Below, piece by piece: positions 47,572 through 56,762 of a stretch of DNA of 64,000 nucleotides; positions within the stretch are counted from its first letter, which is position 1, and each line of letters opens with the position of its first letter. The notes below the pieces were generated by a model. The model was not told the DNA's origin, ran no database searches, and saw only the letters and a list, made by a program, of their open reading frames with translations. The DNA is from a virus (taxonomy: Duplodnaviria; Caudoviricetes): the IMG/VR virus record IMGVR_UViG_3300034170_000057. One strand, 5' to 3'. The position numbers and the translations under genes were made by a program.

Positions 47572-48327
47572 ACTGACCAAGATGGAAACGGTTTATTCGT
47601 TCAGTCTAATGGTTTCGTACCTGCATCTGTTGCTGCATCCATTGTTGATATTGCGGCTGGTGATGGTCGCTACATTGCAGTGGGTTCTAAAGTCTACGAA
47701 TCTTTCGATAAGATCGAATGGACTGCGATGGATGTTGATTTAGTGTTTTCTCACATCGTTTACGCAGGTAAGTTTTACGCCTGCGTGGATGGTGTAGGGA
47801 TTTATGCACTCGATAAAGACTGGACGCTTGTCCACGAATTTACTGGTAATTTTGTGTGTGCCAGAAACATCGGCGGGCCTGCGTTCGGGACGGATCAGGG
47901 AATGATCTTGATTGGGCCAGAATGGCACTCGGTAACGGTTGGCGTTGGGCGTGTATGGTTGACGGATACTTCGGCAGATTTCCGTGTTGTTTTGAACAAC
48001 GGTGATCAGCTTGAAACTTTCCGTGGGCCGGTCAATGCGCTGATATCCGAAGGCGTAACCGAACTCGATGGCCTCACGGTTAGCGGGTGCTGGTACGACC
48101 AACAAAATAAATGCGTAGTAGTTAGCGCCGCGTTTGATGACTGTCCGATTTATGCAGTCTATAAAAACGGATGGACATTCAACATTGTCGAAGGTGACGT
48201 AGCAATCGACGTGGCCGACGGTGCAATGCTGACTAGCAACGCGGTGTACACCACCAAAGACTGGGCGACGTTCGAACTGCTGCATACGTTCGAAAACTTC
48301 GCTGCAAAAACTTTGCTGTTTGCGTGA
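47524..48327 (+). CDS. -1 frame extension (267 aa, beta-propeller/BNR-like) of the 46607 protein
   Basis: Frame open from 47500 with no ATG/GTG/TTG until GTG 47680, which has no SD; repeats such as YESFDKIEWT and YTTKDWATF. Confidence 0.7.
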   Translation, partial: VVKPVPRRSLVVGGTGTDQDGNGLFVQSNGFVPASVAASIVDIAAGDGRYIAVGSKVYESFDKIEWTAMDVDLVFSHIVYAGKFYACVDGVGIYALDKDWTLVHEFTGNFVCARNIGGPAFGTDQGMILIGPEWHSVTVGVGRVWLTDTSADFRVVLNNGDQLETFRGPVNALISEGVTELDGLTVSGCWYDQQNKCVVVSAAFDDCPIYAVYKNGWTFNIVEGDVAIDVADGAMLTSNAVYTTKDWATFELLHTFENFAAKTLLFA

Positions 48328-48330
48328 CAA

Positions 48331-48366
48331 GAAACCCCTGTTTCCAAAAGGAAACAGGGGTTTTTT
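48331..48366 (+). terminator. rho-independent terminator
   Basis: 14-bp perfect stem AAACCCCTGTTTCC/GGAAACAGGGGTTT followed by TTT. Confidence 0.9.
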
Positions 48367-48377
48367 CATTTGGGCAG

Positions 48378-48389
48378 ATACTGTAAATA
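48378..48389 (+). promoter_or_regulatory. promoter motif AWACTGTAAATA
   Basis: ATACTGTAAATA right after the terminator, 39 nt before ATG 48429. Confidence 0.7.
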
Positions 48390-48428
48390 TAGGTCATGTA
48401 TCTGACTGCCTAGTGCGAGGCAATAAAA

Positions 48429-49082
48429 ATGTGTGAAGATCATTATCACGATCCGGATCTTGAAACGGATAACGATGATTCCGATTTGGATATGTTGGAA
48501 TATTACGACTGGCGTGAAGAGCCGCCAAGCAAGCCGAAGTATTACCCGGCTGCTGCGCCTACGCCTCTCGCTGATCGTCTGGCCTACTACAAATACGAAC
48601 TGAAATTCCGAAAGTTTTGCAACAACATGCGCAAACTTTTCACGCGTCTGGAATTCAACGCAGATAAACAACCGAAAAAGAAACTGCTATGCGTTCGACT
48701 GGGCACTGAGTATTTTGCCCTCGATCCGAAATCAGTGGACCAGAAAACACCGTTCACCGAAGTCGGAATGTATGGCGTCATGCGGCGCTTCCCGTCAGCC
48801 CCACCGAACATCACGATGACTGCACATGTGGTGACAGCAAACGAAAAAGAAATGTGGCGGAAATACGAATACCTCCGTAAGCATTTTCACGGAATGATTA
48901 GCACCGTAATTTGTGGCGAGCGTTGGTATGCCGTTAGCCTCGATTATAGTTTCCATTCCGGATCGGTAATTGAAGTCGGATTCCAGTTGCCTGCTGACGT
49001 GAAGCAACTGCTGCACCAGCACCTGCGTGATGCAGAAGCCGAACACAAAAAACGTTTCGCAAAATTCGCATCACTAACTTAA
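48429..49082 (+). CDS. hypothetical protein
   Basis: SD GAGG, 217 aa. Confidence 0.6.
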   Translation: MCEDHYHDPDLETDNDDSDLDMLEYYDWREEPPSKPKYYPAAAPTPLADRLAYYKYELKFRKFCNNMRKLFTRLEFNADKQPKKKLLCVRLGTEYFALDPKSVDQKTPFTEVGMYGVMRRFPSAPPNITMTAHVVTANEKEMWRKYEYLRKHFHGMISTVICGERWYAVSLDYSFHSGSVIEVGFQLPADVKQLLHQHLRDAEAEHKKRFAKFASLT

Positions 49083-49091
49083 AGGAATTCC

Positions 49092-49445
49092 ATGACAAGC
49101 CTTTCCCAAATGCAAGACCAGCTGGAGTCCATACGCACGCACCTCGGCACAGTACGAATCACCATCGGTAGTCACACGGTAAACGCCGATATCTTGGGCA
49201 CAAAAGTAAATGAAGCGGACGGTGACGCGCCTGAGTTTTTGGGAGCCTCGGTTCAGCTTCACACACCGTCACATGAATTGATTCGCATGCAGGAAACAAT
49301 CATCGACGCGCTGAAAGATGGCGACGACGCATTGGCCTATCTGCTGGCACCACAACGCACCTTGTGGAAAATCGCAGAAACACTGGATCTTACGCAGACC
49401 GCGCAAGGTGATTACATCTGGACACTTGGGGTTAAATATTTCTGA
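49092..49445 (+). CDS. hypothetical protein
   Basis: SD AAGGA, 117 aa. Confidence 0.6.
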   Translation: MTSLSQMQDQLESIRTHLGTVRITIGSHTVNADILGTKVNEADGDAPEFLGASVQLHTPSHELIRMQETIIDALKDGDDALAYLLAPQRTLWKIAETLDLTQTAQGDYIWTLGVKYF

Positions 49446-49897
49446 TGAGTAGTTTTACAACCCCGCTCGTTGCGGAATTTGAAGACGACGGAATTCATTA
49501 CGTTATCTGGCAGATGTTCACCTACCTAATCGGCATGCTCGGTTCTGGTATTTCTGTGAATGTTCCAGTCGGTTATCGTACTGATCTTGCATCCGTACCG
49601 TGGTGGATTCGCTGGCTGTTGCCACCTAACGGCAAGTACGGGAAGGCGGCAGTTATCCACGATTATATTTGCAGTTACAGAACTGTAAATGTGAATGGTA
49701 TAAACGTTTATGTCACACGCAAGCAAGGCGACATGATCTTTCTCGAAGCCATGGGCGTGCTGGGTGTTCCGGCGTGGCAAAAGTGGTCGATGTTCTGTGC
49801 CGTCCGCGCCTACGCAATCACAACGGGTATCGACAAGGCTGATGCACAAAAAGCTGCGAACGATCCGAAGTATTTCACCGACGTTTTAGCTGCGTGA
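49445..49897 (+). CDS. DUF1353-family protein
   Basis: VPVGYRTDLASVPWW.R...PP.GKY..AAVIHDY...R..GD.IFLEAM signature. Confidence 0.8.
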   Translation: MSSFTTPLVAEFEDDGIHYVIWQMFTYLIGMLGSGISVNVPVGYRTDLASVPWWIRWLLPPNGKYGKAAVIHDYICSYRTVNVNGINVYVTRKQGDMIFLEAMGVLGVPAWQKWSMFCAVRAYAITTGIDKADAQKAANDPKYFTDVLAA

Positions 49898-49904
49898 GAA
49901 AACC

Positions 49905-50381
49905 ATGAGCGACGACAAAGAATTTGATAGTGCTGACAAGAAAGAAATGTTGGAACAAGTCAAACGCCTGATGAAAGCCGCTGACGGAAAGCCAAACAGC
50001 CATGACCGTGAACTGATTGTAGAACTTGCAGCCAACACGGACGAACGCTGGCAGGAACTCGGCAAAATGATTGCTGACCAGATGATGGAAATGGCATATT
50101 CGCCGCGTCTGTCTGGCGCACGTTGGATGCTGTTCGCTGCTGCTCTCGACAAAAACGATACCGAAGCACTTGCGAATTGCGACAATTATTATCACGAAGG
50201 CTGCTACCATTTCCAAAAGCGTTTCGGTGAAGAACGCTTGTGGGAAAACGTGAATAAAGCCTACGACACTCCGGAATTCCGTAAGCAACTACTCGATAAG
50301 GGAATCAAACCAACGCTGACCACTTTGGTTCTGCAAGCGTTCCCTAAACTCGGATCAAAAACTGGTGAAGAAAATGCGTAA
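49905..50381 (+). CDS. hypothetical protein
   Basis: 158-aa helical ORF. Confidence 0.6.
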   Translation: MSDDKEFDSADKKEMLEQVKRLMKAADGKPNSHDRELIVELAANTDERWQELGKMIADQMMEMAYSPRLSGARWMLFAAALDKNDTEALANCDNYYHEGCYHFQKRFGEERLWENVNKAYDTPEFRKQLLDKGIKPTLTTLVLQAFPKLGSKTGEENA

Positions 50382-50724
50382 GATTTCCCGCGCCGAAAGT
50401 GATCGTCTGTACAACGCAGTCGGCGCCGTGATGCAACTGCCGGTGCCCGTGCAAATCAATAACGAGCGCCCAATCTGTCACATCTTTTGTGGCACACACG
50501 ATTACAAAAACAAACGCTTCGAAATCGTGATGGGTATCAACGATCCGGAACCCTCTGCAACCCTACGCCACATCATGCAAGAAGGTCAGTTGACCTGCGT
50601 GTGGGAAGGCGTGCAATTTAAACAGGGTGCCGAATTCTTTCCGGACGAAAACGAAACCGGTTTGGAAGCATTTGAAGTTCCGGAATACGATACCTACCTG
50701 AGTTTCTTTGTCGAGATTGAGTAA
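50374..50724 (+). CDS. hypothetical protein
   Basis: ATG 50374 overlapping the previous stop. Confidence 0.55.
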   Translation: MRKISRAESDRLYNAVGAVMQLPVPVQINNERPICHIFCGTHDYKNKRFEIVMGINDPEPSATLRHIMQEGQLTCVWEGVQFKQGAEFFPDENETGLEAFEVPEYDTYLSFFVEIE

Positions 50725-51281
50725 TGGCCGCATACCTCTGTGCTGATATGCACCTGACCCACGCCAGTATTCACATTCACCGCAAGTTCGACAGCGTTGA
50801 ACAACACGATGAATTTGTGTGCGATAACTGGTGTGATACGGTGCGTTCCAACAAGCGCGATACCGCTTATGTACTGGGCGACGTGGCATTCTCCGAAGCA
50901 GGCTGGTTGAAATTTGATTCGCTGCCCGGTCACAAGGTGGTGATCCTCGGCAACCACTGCACTGAGAAAGTAAGCGCGCATTTTATTGCAGGGCTGAAAA
51001 CTGTAAATAGTGTACATAGCATGTATCGTTACAAAAACGGTACGGTCATGTCGCATGCGCCGCTGCATCCGGAACACCTGCGCGGCAAGCGTAACCTACA
51101 CGGCCACCTGCATTCCCACCTTGTGCGCGACCGTCGCTATTACAATTGCTCACTTGAACAAATCGACATGCGTCCGATTCACATGGACGAAGTATTCGAT
51201 GAATTCGAACGTCGGCAATCGGTAAACTACGTGCTGCATACGCTGGGATGGAAGGCCGCCTACCGGGCACTGACACAATGA
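50724..51281 (+). CDS. calcineurin-like metallophosphoesterase
   Basis: ADMHLTH, VLGDV, ILGNH, MSHAP, LHGHLH motifs. Confidence 0.85.
   Translation: MAAYLCADMHLTHASIHIHRKFDSVEQHDEFVCDNWCDTVRSNKRDTAYVLGDVAFSEAGWLKFDSLPGHKVVILGNHCTEKVSAHFIAGLKTVNSVHSMYRYKNGTVMSHAPLHPEHLRGKRNLHGHLHSHLVRDRRYYNCSLEQIDMRPIHMDEVFDEFERRQSVNYVLHTLGWKAAYRALTQ
50998..51009 (+). promoter_or_regulatory. promoter motif AWACTGTAAATA (intragenic)
   Basis: AAACTGTAAATA ~270 nt before ATG 51278. Confidence 0.45.
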
Positions 51282-51634
51282 GCAAAAAGCCTGAAAGAGA
51301 TTTCCACCTTGCATTGCTGTGCATGCGAGACGACGTTGAAAAAGGCTGCACGCTTTCCGACGTGAAACTCTGCACCGAACGCGGTTTCCAGCAGTGTGAT
51401 TATCTCCATCACAGTACGCGCACTGACTGCGAAGAAAATCTGCTGTTAGTTGTGGAGTTCTTTTCCCACCAACGCGCCTACGATTTTGATCGTGATTTCT
51501 ATGTGGTGCTAGACAGCAAATCGTGCCGTGTGCCTGTTCGCGTAGTGCGTTCCCACTGCGAAGCAAACGGCGTTGGTTACACCTATATCGTGAAGCTACA
51601 AGGCAACACGAAAAAATGGCAGGAATCGAAATGA
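51278..51634 (+). CDS. hypothetical protein
   Basis: ATGA overlap; Cys/His-rich. Confidence 0.5.
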   Translation: MSKKPERDFHLALLCMRDDVEKGCTLSDVKLCTERGFQQCDYLHHSTRTDCEENLLLVVEFFSHQRAYDFDRDFYVVLDSKSCRVPVRVVRSHCEANGVGYTYIVKLQGNTKKWQESK

Positions 51635-52509
51635 ACGAACCCGAATTTACCAGCGCTGAAGCTGAAGCCGTGGCGGACTCCGTAGCGCTGTACAAAAGCC
51701 GTGTGAAGAATATGAAAAAGAAATACGGCGTTGGCGAAGAGGCTGCACTGGCTGCTGGCGGAAATGCATTGAATTATCCAACGGATAAAATCGTGCGTAT
51801 CGAACCAATTGACGCCGATTATATTCCCGGCCAAGAAGTCCACTGCCCGTCTTGCGGACGCGGGCACTCTCCGGTGTTCCGGCCAATCGACGATTTGTTT
51901 CTGCGTGGCGATAGCGCACACCAGACTTCGGAATCCTCGGATATTGGCGCTGGCCTTAGCTGGATGGATTCGTCCCGTGGTCGCATCGGCAACACCATGG
52001 AATTTATTCCGGGCGAAGAACCAGACGTGAATTCCGCCTATGCTGCGGCCTATACCCGCCAGTCGCATGCACAAGCGCTGACATACAATGAAAAAGCACG
52101 TTTGTTTTTCACCGAAAGTTACAGTGCCGCGCAAATGGCAGGCCTGAAACAATTGGCCGATTCGCTGGTGATCGCGGCTCGCCCGGAACCAATCGAAGTC
52201 AAAGCGTCGTTTACACTCACTGCGTCGGAAATCGAAATCGAAATCGACGCAGACGGCAATCCGACCACACTGGAAAGCGCGATGGCCCTCGACGCTGTTG
52301 ATGCTTTGTGTGCGGCGGAAGACGAAGCGTGGAAAAAAGAACTCGAAGAAATGGAATTCGATTTCTCGAAAGAATCCATCGTCGAAATGCTCAACGAAGA
52401 ATTGATTGCTGAAGGACGTGATCCGTTCTACAGCGTTCAACTGCTTTCTGCACAAGCCGCTGCTGCGGTGCGCAAGAAGCAAAAAGCCCGTAAGAAAAAA
52501 CGCAAATAA
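51631..52509 (+). CDS. hypothetical protein with CPSC motif and basic C-terminus
   Basis: SD AGGA; acidic middle, RKKQKARKKKRK tail. Confidence 0.6.
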   Translation: MNEPEFTSAEAEAVADSVALYKSRVKNMKKKYGVGEEAALAAGGNALNYPTDKIVRIEPIDADYIPGQEVHCPSCGRGHSPVFRPIDDLFLRGDSAHQTSESSDIGAGLSWMDSSRGRIGNTMEFIPGEEPDVNSAYAAAYTRQSHAQALTYNEKARLFFTESYSAAQMAGLKQLADSLVIAARPEPIEVKASFTLTASEIEIEIDADGNPTTLESAMALDAVDALCAAEDEAWKKELEEMEFDFSKESIVEMLNEELIAEGRDPFYSVQLLSAQAAAAVRKKQKARKKKRK

Positions 52510-52522
52510 CTGGAGTTTCCCC

Positions 52523-52840
52523 ATGTCCCTAGTTCCATATGTTGGTGCCCTGACCGCGATTCACAATAGCCCTGTAGCTATGACCGTAAACGAAGTGATC
52601 ACCAACGAAATCAGCGGCGATATCGAATACGTTCAATGCGTTTACTTTTCGGGTAACAAACTGAATCATCACACCGGTAAGCCTGACTCGTTTATCGGCT
52701 TCGGTGAAGAACTCGCATTTTCCAGCGGCGCTTTCCAATACGCTTTCGGTGCGCCGGACAGCGAAGATGATGGGCCAGACGACGAAGAGGAAGAACTCGA
52801 AGAGGAAGAGGAAGACTCCGACGAACTGGTCAAAGCGTAA
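52523..52840 (+). CDS. hypothetical protein with acidic tail
   Basis: SD GGAG before ATG 52523. Confidence 0.6.
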   Translation: MSLVPYVGALTAIHNSPVAMTVNEVITNEISGDIEYVQCVYFSGNKLNHHTGKPDSFIGFGEELAFSSGAFQYAFGAPDSEDDGPDDEEEELEEEEEDSDELVKA

Positions 52841-52848
52841 ATGAAATC

Positions 52849-52872
52849 GGGCCATGGAAGGCCCTTTTCTTT
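52849..52872 (+). terminator. terminator hairpin GGGCC-ATGGAA-GGCCC with ANGGAN loop
   Basis: Followed by TTTTCTTTT. Confidence 0.7.
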
Positions 52873-52885
52873 TAGGGAGAAATTT

Positions 52886-53212
52886 ATGAGTTTGTTTCAA
52901 TGCGAAGTTTGCGGCTGCTGTGAAAATACCGCGCTGTCTGCACAAGGTTGTAAACCAAGTTTCATGCAGAACCTGTTCGACTGGTCCTATGCGCCTGAGC
53001 GTAAAGGCATGTACCTTTGCAGCGTCTGCGCCCCGTTGAAATATCGTGATGGGGAACCCACTAAATTCGGCGTGTGGCATGGCGAGTTCCCCCGCAACTT
53101 TCTGCCAATGGGTGAATTCAAAACAAACGCCCGTGGAAATCTCGAACACATCGAGGACGGAAGCGAAGACTTTATGATGTACGAAATCGAGAAGCCTGCT
53201 CATGTCAAATGA
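52886..53212 (+). CDS. zinc-finger-like phage protein
   Basis: CEVCGCCENT...CSVC; SD AGGGAG. Confidence 0.65.
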   Translation: MSLFQCEVCGCCENTALSAQGCKPSFMQNLFDWSYAPERKGMYLCSVCAPLKYRDGEPTKFGVWHGEFPRNFLPMGEFKTNARGNLEHIEDGSEDFMMYEIEKPAHVK

Positions 53213-53705
53213 AGTGGTGGACGTTAATGGAATTCCGGTTCGCCCGGAAGGTGTGATTTTCAATGACGCTCGTGGCGGTGCAATCATCGGCCACCACATC
53301 GTAGAAGCAGACGGCACCACGCGCAAAGAACGCAACATGAAATTGCAGCACGAAATTCCTCTTTTGACTTTGGTAGAAATCAAAAGCGGTTCTATGGAAG
53401 GCCTGCGTCTGTTTGTGCAGAGCTACACCCGTGACTGTGACGGCACGCCGCTGTACAACCTAAGTTTCCGTTGGAAGCTGGTCGGCATTGAACATAGTAT
53501 TCACAATCCCAATTTCGTGAAGAATTCAGGCGGTATTTCTACCGGCCATAATCCTAATAATCTGGAAGTTGTGAAATCGCACCGTGACCTCATGGCCTAC
53601 CTGATTGCAGATGGCTACTTCAATGCGGAAGGTGTTCCTATCGGCCATTGGTTTACACCAGAACAGGCAGGAATCTACCTACTCGACCAACTAAACCACT
53701 GGTGA
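53202..53705 (+). CDS. hypothetical protein
   Basis: 167-aa ORF. Confidence 0.6.
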   Translation: MSNEVVDVNGIPVRPEGVIFNDARGGAIIGHHIVEADGTTRKERNMKLQHEIPLLTLVEIKSGSMEGLRLFVQSYTRDCDGTPLYNLSFRWKLVGIEHSIHNPNFVKNSGGISTGHNPNNLEVVKSHRDLMAYLIADGYFNAEGVPIGHWFTPEQAGIYLLDQLNHW

Positions 53706-53709
53706 CAAA

Positions 53710-54024
53710 ATGACTCGCGAAAAACTGATGAATATTTATTCTCACGTGCAGGGCGAAATTCTGGCGAAAGAGTGCATCCTCTTAGGCCTTATGTATACGG
53801 GCGCCGACGTACCTACATTGGACCGCCTCGGTGTTCTACCGGCCAACGATACCAAAGCCGAACTCAAGGCCATGCAGTATTTCACAACGGTGCATATGGT
53901 TGAAACCGTTGACGCGGCCATCCGCAAGAAAGATGAATTGGAAAAACGCATTCAGCAATACCGCGATGCATCCCGCCACACCACATTGGTTTGTGCCATC
54001 GAAGGCATGTATCCGGACGCGTGA
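53710..54024 (+). CDS. hypothetical protein
   Basis: 104-aa helical ORF. Confidence 0.55.
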   Translation: MTREKLMNIYSHVQGEILAKECILLGLMYTGADVPTLDRLGVLPANDTKAELKAMQYFTTVHMVETVDAAIRKKDELEKRIQQYRDASRHTTLVCAIEGMYPDA

Positions 54025-54608
54025 AAAAGTGGACAGGCGTCGGCAGTCAGAAAACACCTGAAAGCGTTTGCGCGGTGCAGACCCTGTTTGCCGCAACAAA
54101 GCCTAATTCCATTATGCGTTCCGGGGCCGCTAAGGGCTCCGACGAAGCGTTTGAACTGGGTGCTAAACACACGGAAATTTACCTGCCTGATCGTGGGTTC
54201 CGTGGGCACCGCACCGGCATTTGGCAGTACACTGAAGAACAGACACAATGGGGAGAATATCTCGCACAGAAAGTTTACCCGATTGTGATTCAAAATAAGC
54301 AACACATGAAAATGTTTCGCCGCAATGCTTTTCAAGTGGTTGGCCTCACGACATGCGTTGAGGATTCCGACCCCTCTGAATTTCTGGTGTGCTGGACGCC
54401 TGACGGTTGTGTCAGCCCATCCGGTTACTTGCGCGGACGTACAGGCGGCACCGGGATTGCGATTCTGATTGCTTGGGAATTTGATATCCCAATTTACAAT
54501 CTGAGAAACAAACCCGACATGAAAAAAGTGCTGGCCCGCATCGACCGCCACGGAACCGATATCAATCCAATTAAACAACGCCTCATGCGCGAAGGACTTT
54601 ACGGATGA
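54021..54608 (+). CDS. SLOG-superfamily (DprA/Smf-like Rossmann) protein
   Basis: WTGVGSQKTP, MRSGAAKGSDEAFE, RNAFQVVG, VCWTPDG, GGTGIAI, IPIYNL. Confidence 0.7.
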   Translation: MKKWTGVGSQKTPESVCAVQTLFAATKPNSIMRSGAAKGSDEAFELGAKHTEIYLPDRGFRGHRTGIWQYTEEQTQWGEYLAQKVYPIVIQNKQHMKMFRRNAFQVVGLTTCVEDSDPSEFLVCWTPDGCVSPSGYLRGRTGGTGIAILIAWEFDIPIYNLRNKPDMKKVLARIDRHGTDINPIKQRLMREGLYG

Positions 54609-54910
54609 CCACTCAAACTAAGCTGGAACAACTCCGCTACAATTTGGCCCGTGCTGCGTTGCTCAAGGCGTGCGGCCAGTTGGATCGTCTGCGCCACCGG
54701 CTGGAATGTTTCCACAATCAGGATAAAGCAATTCGGTTTGTTCCGTCTGAAACTCCGCAGACCGAAACGCTGAGTGACGTTCTGGCTGAAATGGAAAAGC
54801 TGCTGGAACCTACAGCAACCATCTGCGCCGAACTTGATGCGTTGCCTGAAAAAGGTACGTTCTCTGATATCGTGCGCACTGCCAATTTGCTTGGGATTAA
54901 AGTGCAATGA
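54605..54910 (+). CDS. hypothetical protein
   Basis: ATGA overlaps. Confidence 0.55.
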   Translation: MTTQTKLEQLRYNLARAALLKACGQLDRLRHRLECFHNQDKAIRFVPSETPQTETLSDVLAEMEKLLEPTATICAELDALPEKGTFSDIVRTANLLGIKVQ

Positions 54911-55353
54911 TCCAGTGGCTAAAATCTTGGATCGCCCCGCCGATTATGCAGTGTGGCATTGTGGAATGCCCTGTGTGCAGACGCGACCTGAAAAAGCACA
55001 TGAATATTTTCCATCGCCGCCGCTTTAAAATGGCGCTGAAATACAACGGTGTGTACACCATGACTTGCGGTCGCTGCAATGGCCAATCTGAATGGTGTGG
55101 AACTGTGGGCGACGAAGAGCCTAAACCCTTCGTGTATCTGCGCATCACGTGGCCTCGTGGCCGGGTATCACAGGCAGACTTGATCGAGTTAGCGCAGGAC
55201 GCACAAGCCAGATACAACATAAAGTTAATCCGCATGGGCGGCCCCGGTATGCGCCCGGATCGAATCAATTTTTCGCAGTACAGTCGTAAAGAACTTTTAA
55301 CCTATATCAAACGCATAGAATCACGAACTAAAAATATCAAAATCATTAAGTGA
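54907..55353 (+). CDS. zinc-ribbon protein
   Basis: CPVC and CGRC pairs. Confidence 0.6.
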   Translation: MIQWLKSWIAPPIMQCGIVECPVCRRDLKKHMNIFHRRRFKMALKYNGVYTMTCGRCNGQSEWCGTVGDEEPKPFVYLRITWPRGRVSQADLIELAQDAQARYNIKLIRMGGPGMRPDRINFSQYSRKELLTYIKRIESRTKNIKIIK

Positions 55354-55360
55354 GGCGGTA

Positions 55361-55690
55361 ATGGACTTCGACGTTAGCACACCCGACCAAATTGTCCGCA
55401 TTGTGGACAAGATCAATGACCACCTCGTTTACGAGGGTTTGCCCGAACGTCTCGAACATCTGGTTCCGCTGCTGTCTTTCAATTATGCGGCTGGTGAATT
55501 CGGTGTGGAATTCTGCGGGTTCAATCTGTGGGATAGCGTCAACGACAACATGTTTCTCGGTGAAGACGGTTTGGAAAATTTCCTGCTGGCACGCATCGCT
55601 GAAATTCGCAAAGTGTTCAACCACGCAACAAGCGGTATCCAACCATCGGCCATCGACACTCTGATGGATGACAACGGCGATAAACTGTAA
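55361..55690 (+). CDS. hypothetical protein
   Basis: SD GAGG, 109 aa. Confidence 0.6.
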   Translation: MDFDVSTPDQIVRIVDKINDHLVYEGLPERLEHLVPLLSFNYAAGEFGVEFCGFNLWDSVNDNMFLGEDGLENFLLARIAEIRKVFNHATSGIQPSAIDTLMDDNGDKL

Positions 55691-55693
55691 ATA
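55682..55693 (+). promoter_or_regulatory. promoter motif AWACTGTAAATA
   Basis: Overlaps the 55690 stop; ~80 nt before ATG 55773. Confidence 0.6.
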
Positions 55694-55772
55694 ACACATG
55701 TAACACAAACCCACCGGGCGGCGCATATGCTACCCACCACTTACGCGTGAAAAGCGCGAAGGATATTATCTA

Positions 55773-56756
55773 ATGAAATTGCATCATAGCGTAATTGACG
55801 ACTCGGATATGTTTGACAGCGTTTCCCGTTCCATTATGTTCGGTTACGGCCTGCCTACACCCAAACACCAGACTATCGGAAAAGGACTGGCGGATCATAT
55901 CAACGTGATCGTGATCGGCGCCACGTGTGACTCGGCAGAACAGCGCGTGCGCAATTGCTTCAAAGGAGAAGTGCCTGCGAACGTCGGCGTATTCGGTGCA
56001 GATTCCGATATGGAACACACAACGGAATTGCTGAAGAAAATCAACTTCACCGGGCACATTATTTTCACTCCGGAAATTTCGTACCTGCGTGATTATTCCT
56101 ATGTGCTTTTTGCACAGCTTGTGACACTGATCGGCAAGCATGTTGATCGGCACCGTAGCGGTTGTGAAATGCACCTGTTGTTTCCTAGCCGGGAGATTCT
56201 GGAAAACCTGCTGGGCGCAATGTTCGAAGACTGGAAAACAAGCCAATCGCATCGCTGGTTTCCCTACGAGGAAAGCAACAAGTTTTCCCGTAAAGAATTC
56301 GAGTCTGCATTGAAGCTCGAAAAGCGCAATCGCGGCCTCGGCTTCGAAGGTGAATTCGATGTGGATTTGAGCGAAGGTGAAAGCAAGATCGCTACGCCAT
56401 GGATTCTCGACGCCGGGAAAACCTTCCTGTCGTACCTGAACCCGCGTGAAGAGTTCGACCGCTCGCATCTGCATCCGATTCGTTTGGGTGAAGACTTCCT
56501 GAAATTTGATTCCAGCACGCTCTTTGATATTCTTTGCGACCTGCGCACGCTTGCAGGCGTAGACCTCGAAGACGAAAAATCGAAACCGCGTGAAATCTGC
56601 CTGCATGATTCCGTAGCGTGGAAACTGTTCTCCGGCTCTATCCAGCCGCGCCTGCCGTTCTACAATGGCGGCCACGACTCTGAAATGGGCACAGCCTGCG
56701 ACGGCAAGAAACAGCCGAAGAAACGCGTCGTGTTTATGGAAGAAATTTCCAAATAA
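55773..56756 (+). CDS. hypothetical protein (alpha/beta)
   Basis: 327 aa, SD AAGGA; no motif I can assign. Confidence 0.65.
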   Translation: MKLHHSVIDDSDMFDSVSRSIMFGYGLPTPKHQTIGKGLADHINVIVIGATCDSAEQRVRNCFKGEVPANVGVFGADSDMEHTTELLKKINFTGHIIFTPEISYLRDYSYVLFAQLVTLIGKHVDRHRSGCEMHLLFPSREILENLLGAMFEDWKTSQSHRWFPYEESNKFSRKEFESALKLEKRNRGLGFEGEFDVDLSEGESKIATPWILDAGKTFLSYLNPREEFDRSHLHPIRLGEDFLKFDSSTLFDILCDLRTLAGVDLEDEKSKPREICLHDSVAWKLFSGSIQPRLPFYNGGHDSEMGTACDGKKQPKKRVVFMEEISK

Positions 56757-56762
56757 TCTGGC

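Noticed and set aside
47680-48327. Independent 215-aa gene starting at GTG 47680
   Set aside because: No SD, and the frame is open and protein-like back to 47500; better explained as the -1 frameshift extension
52841-52885. ORF-track start at 52841 (similarly 60800, 31571, 17066)
   Set aside because: These extensions overlap terminator hairpins; downstream ATGs have proper SD sequences (weaker for 60842)
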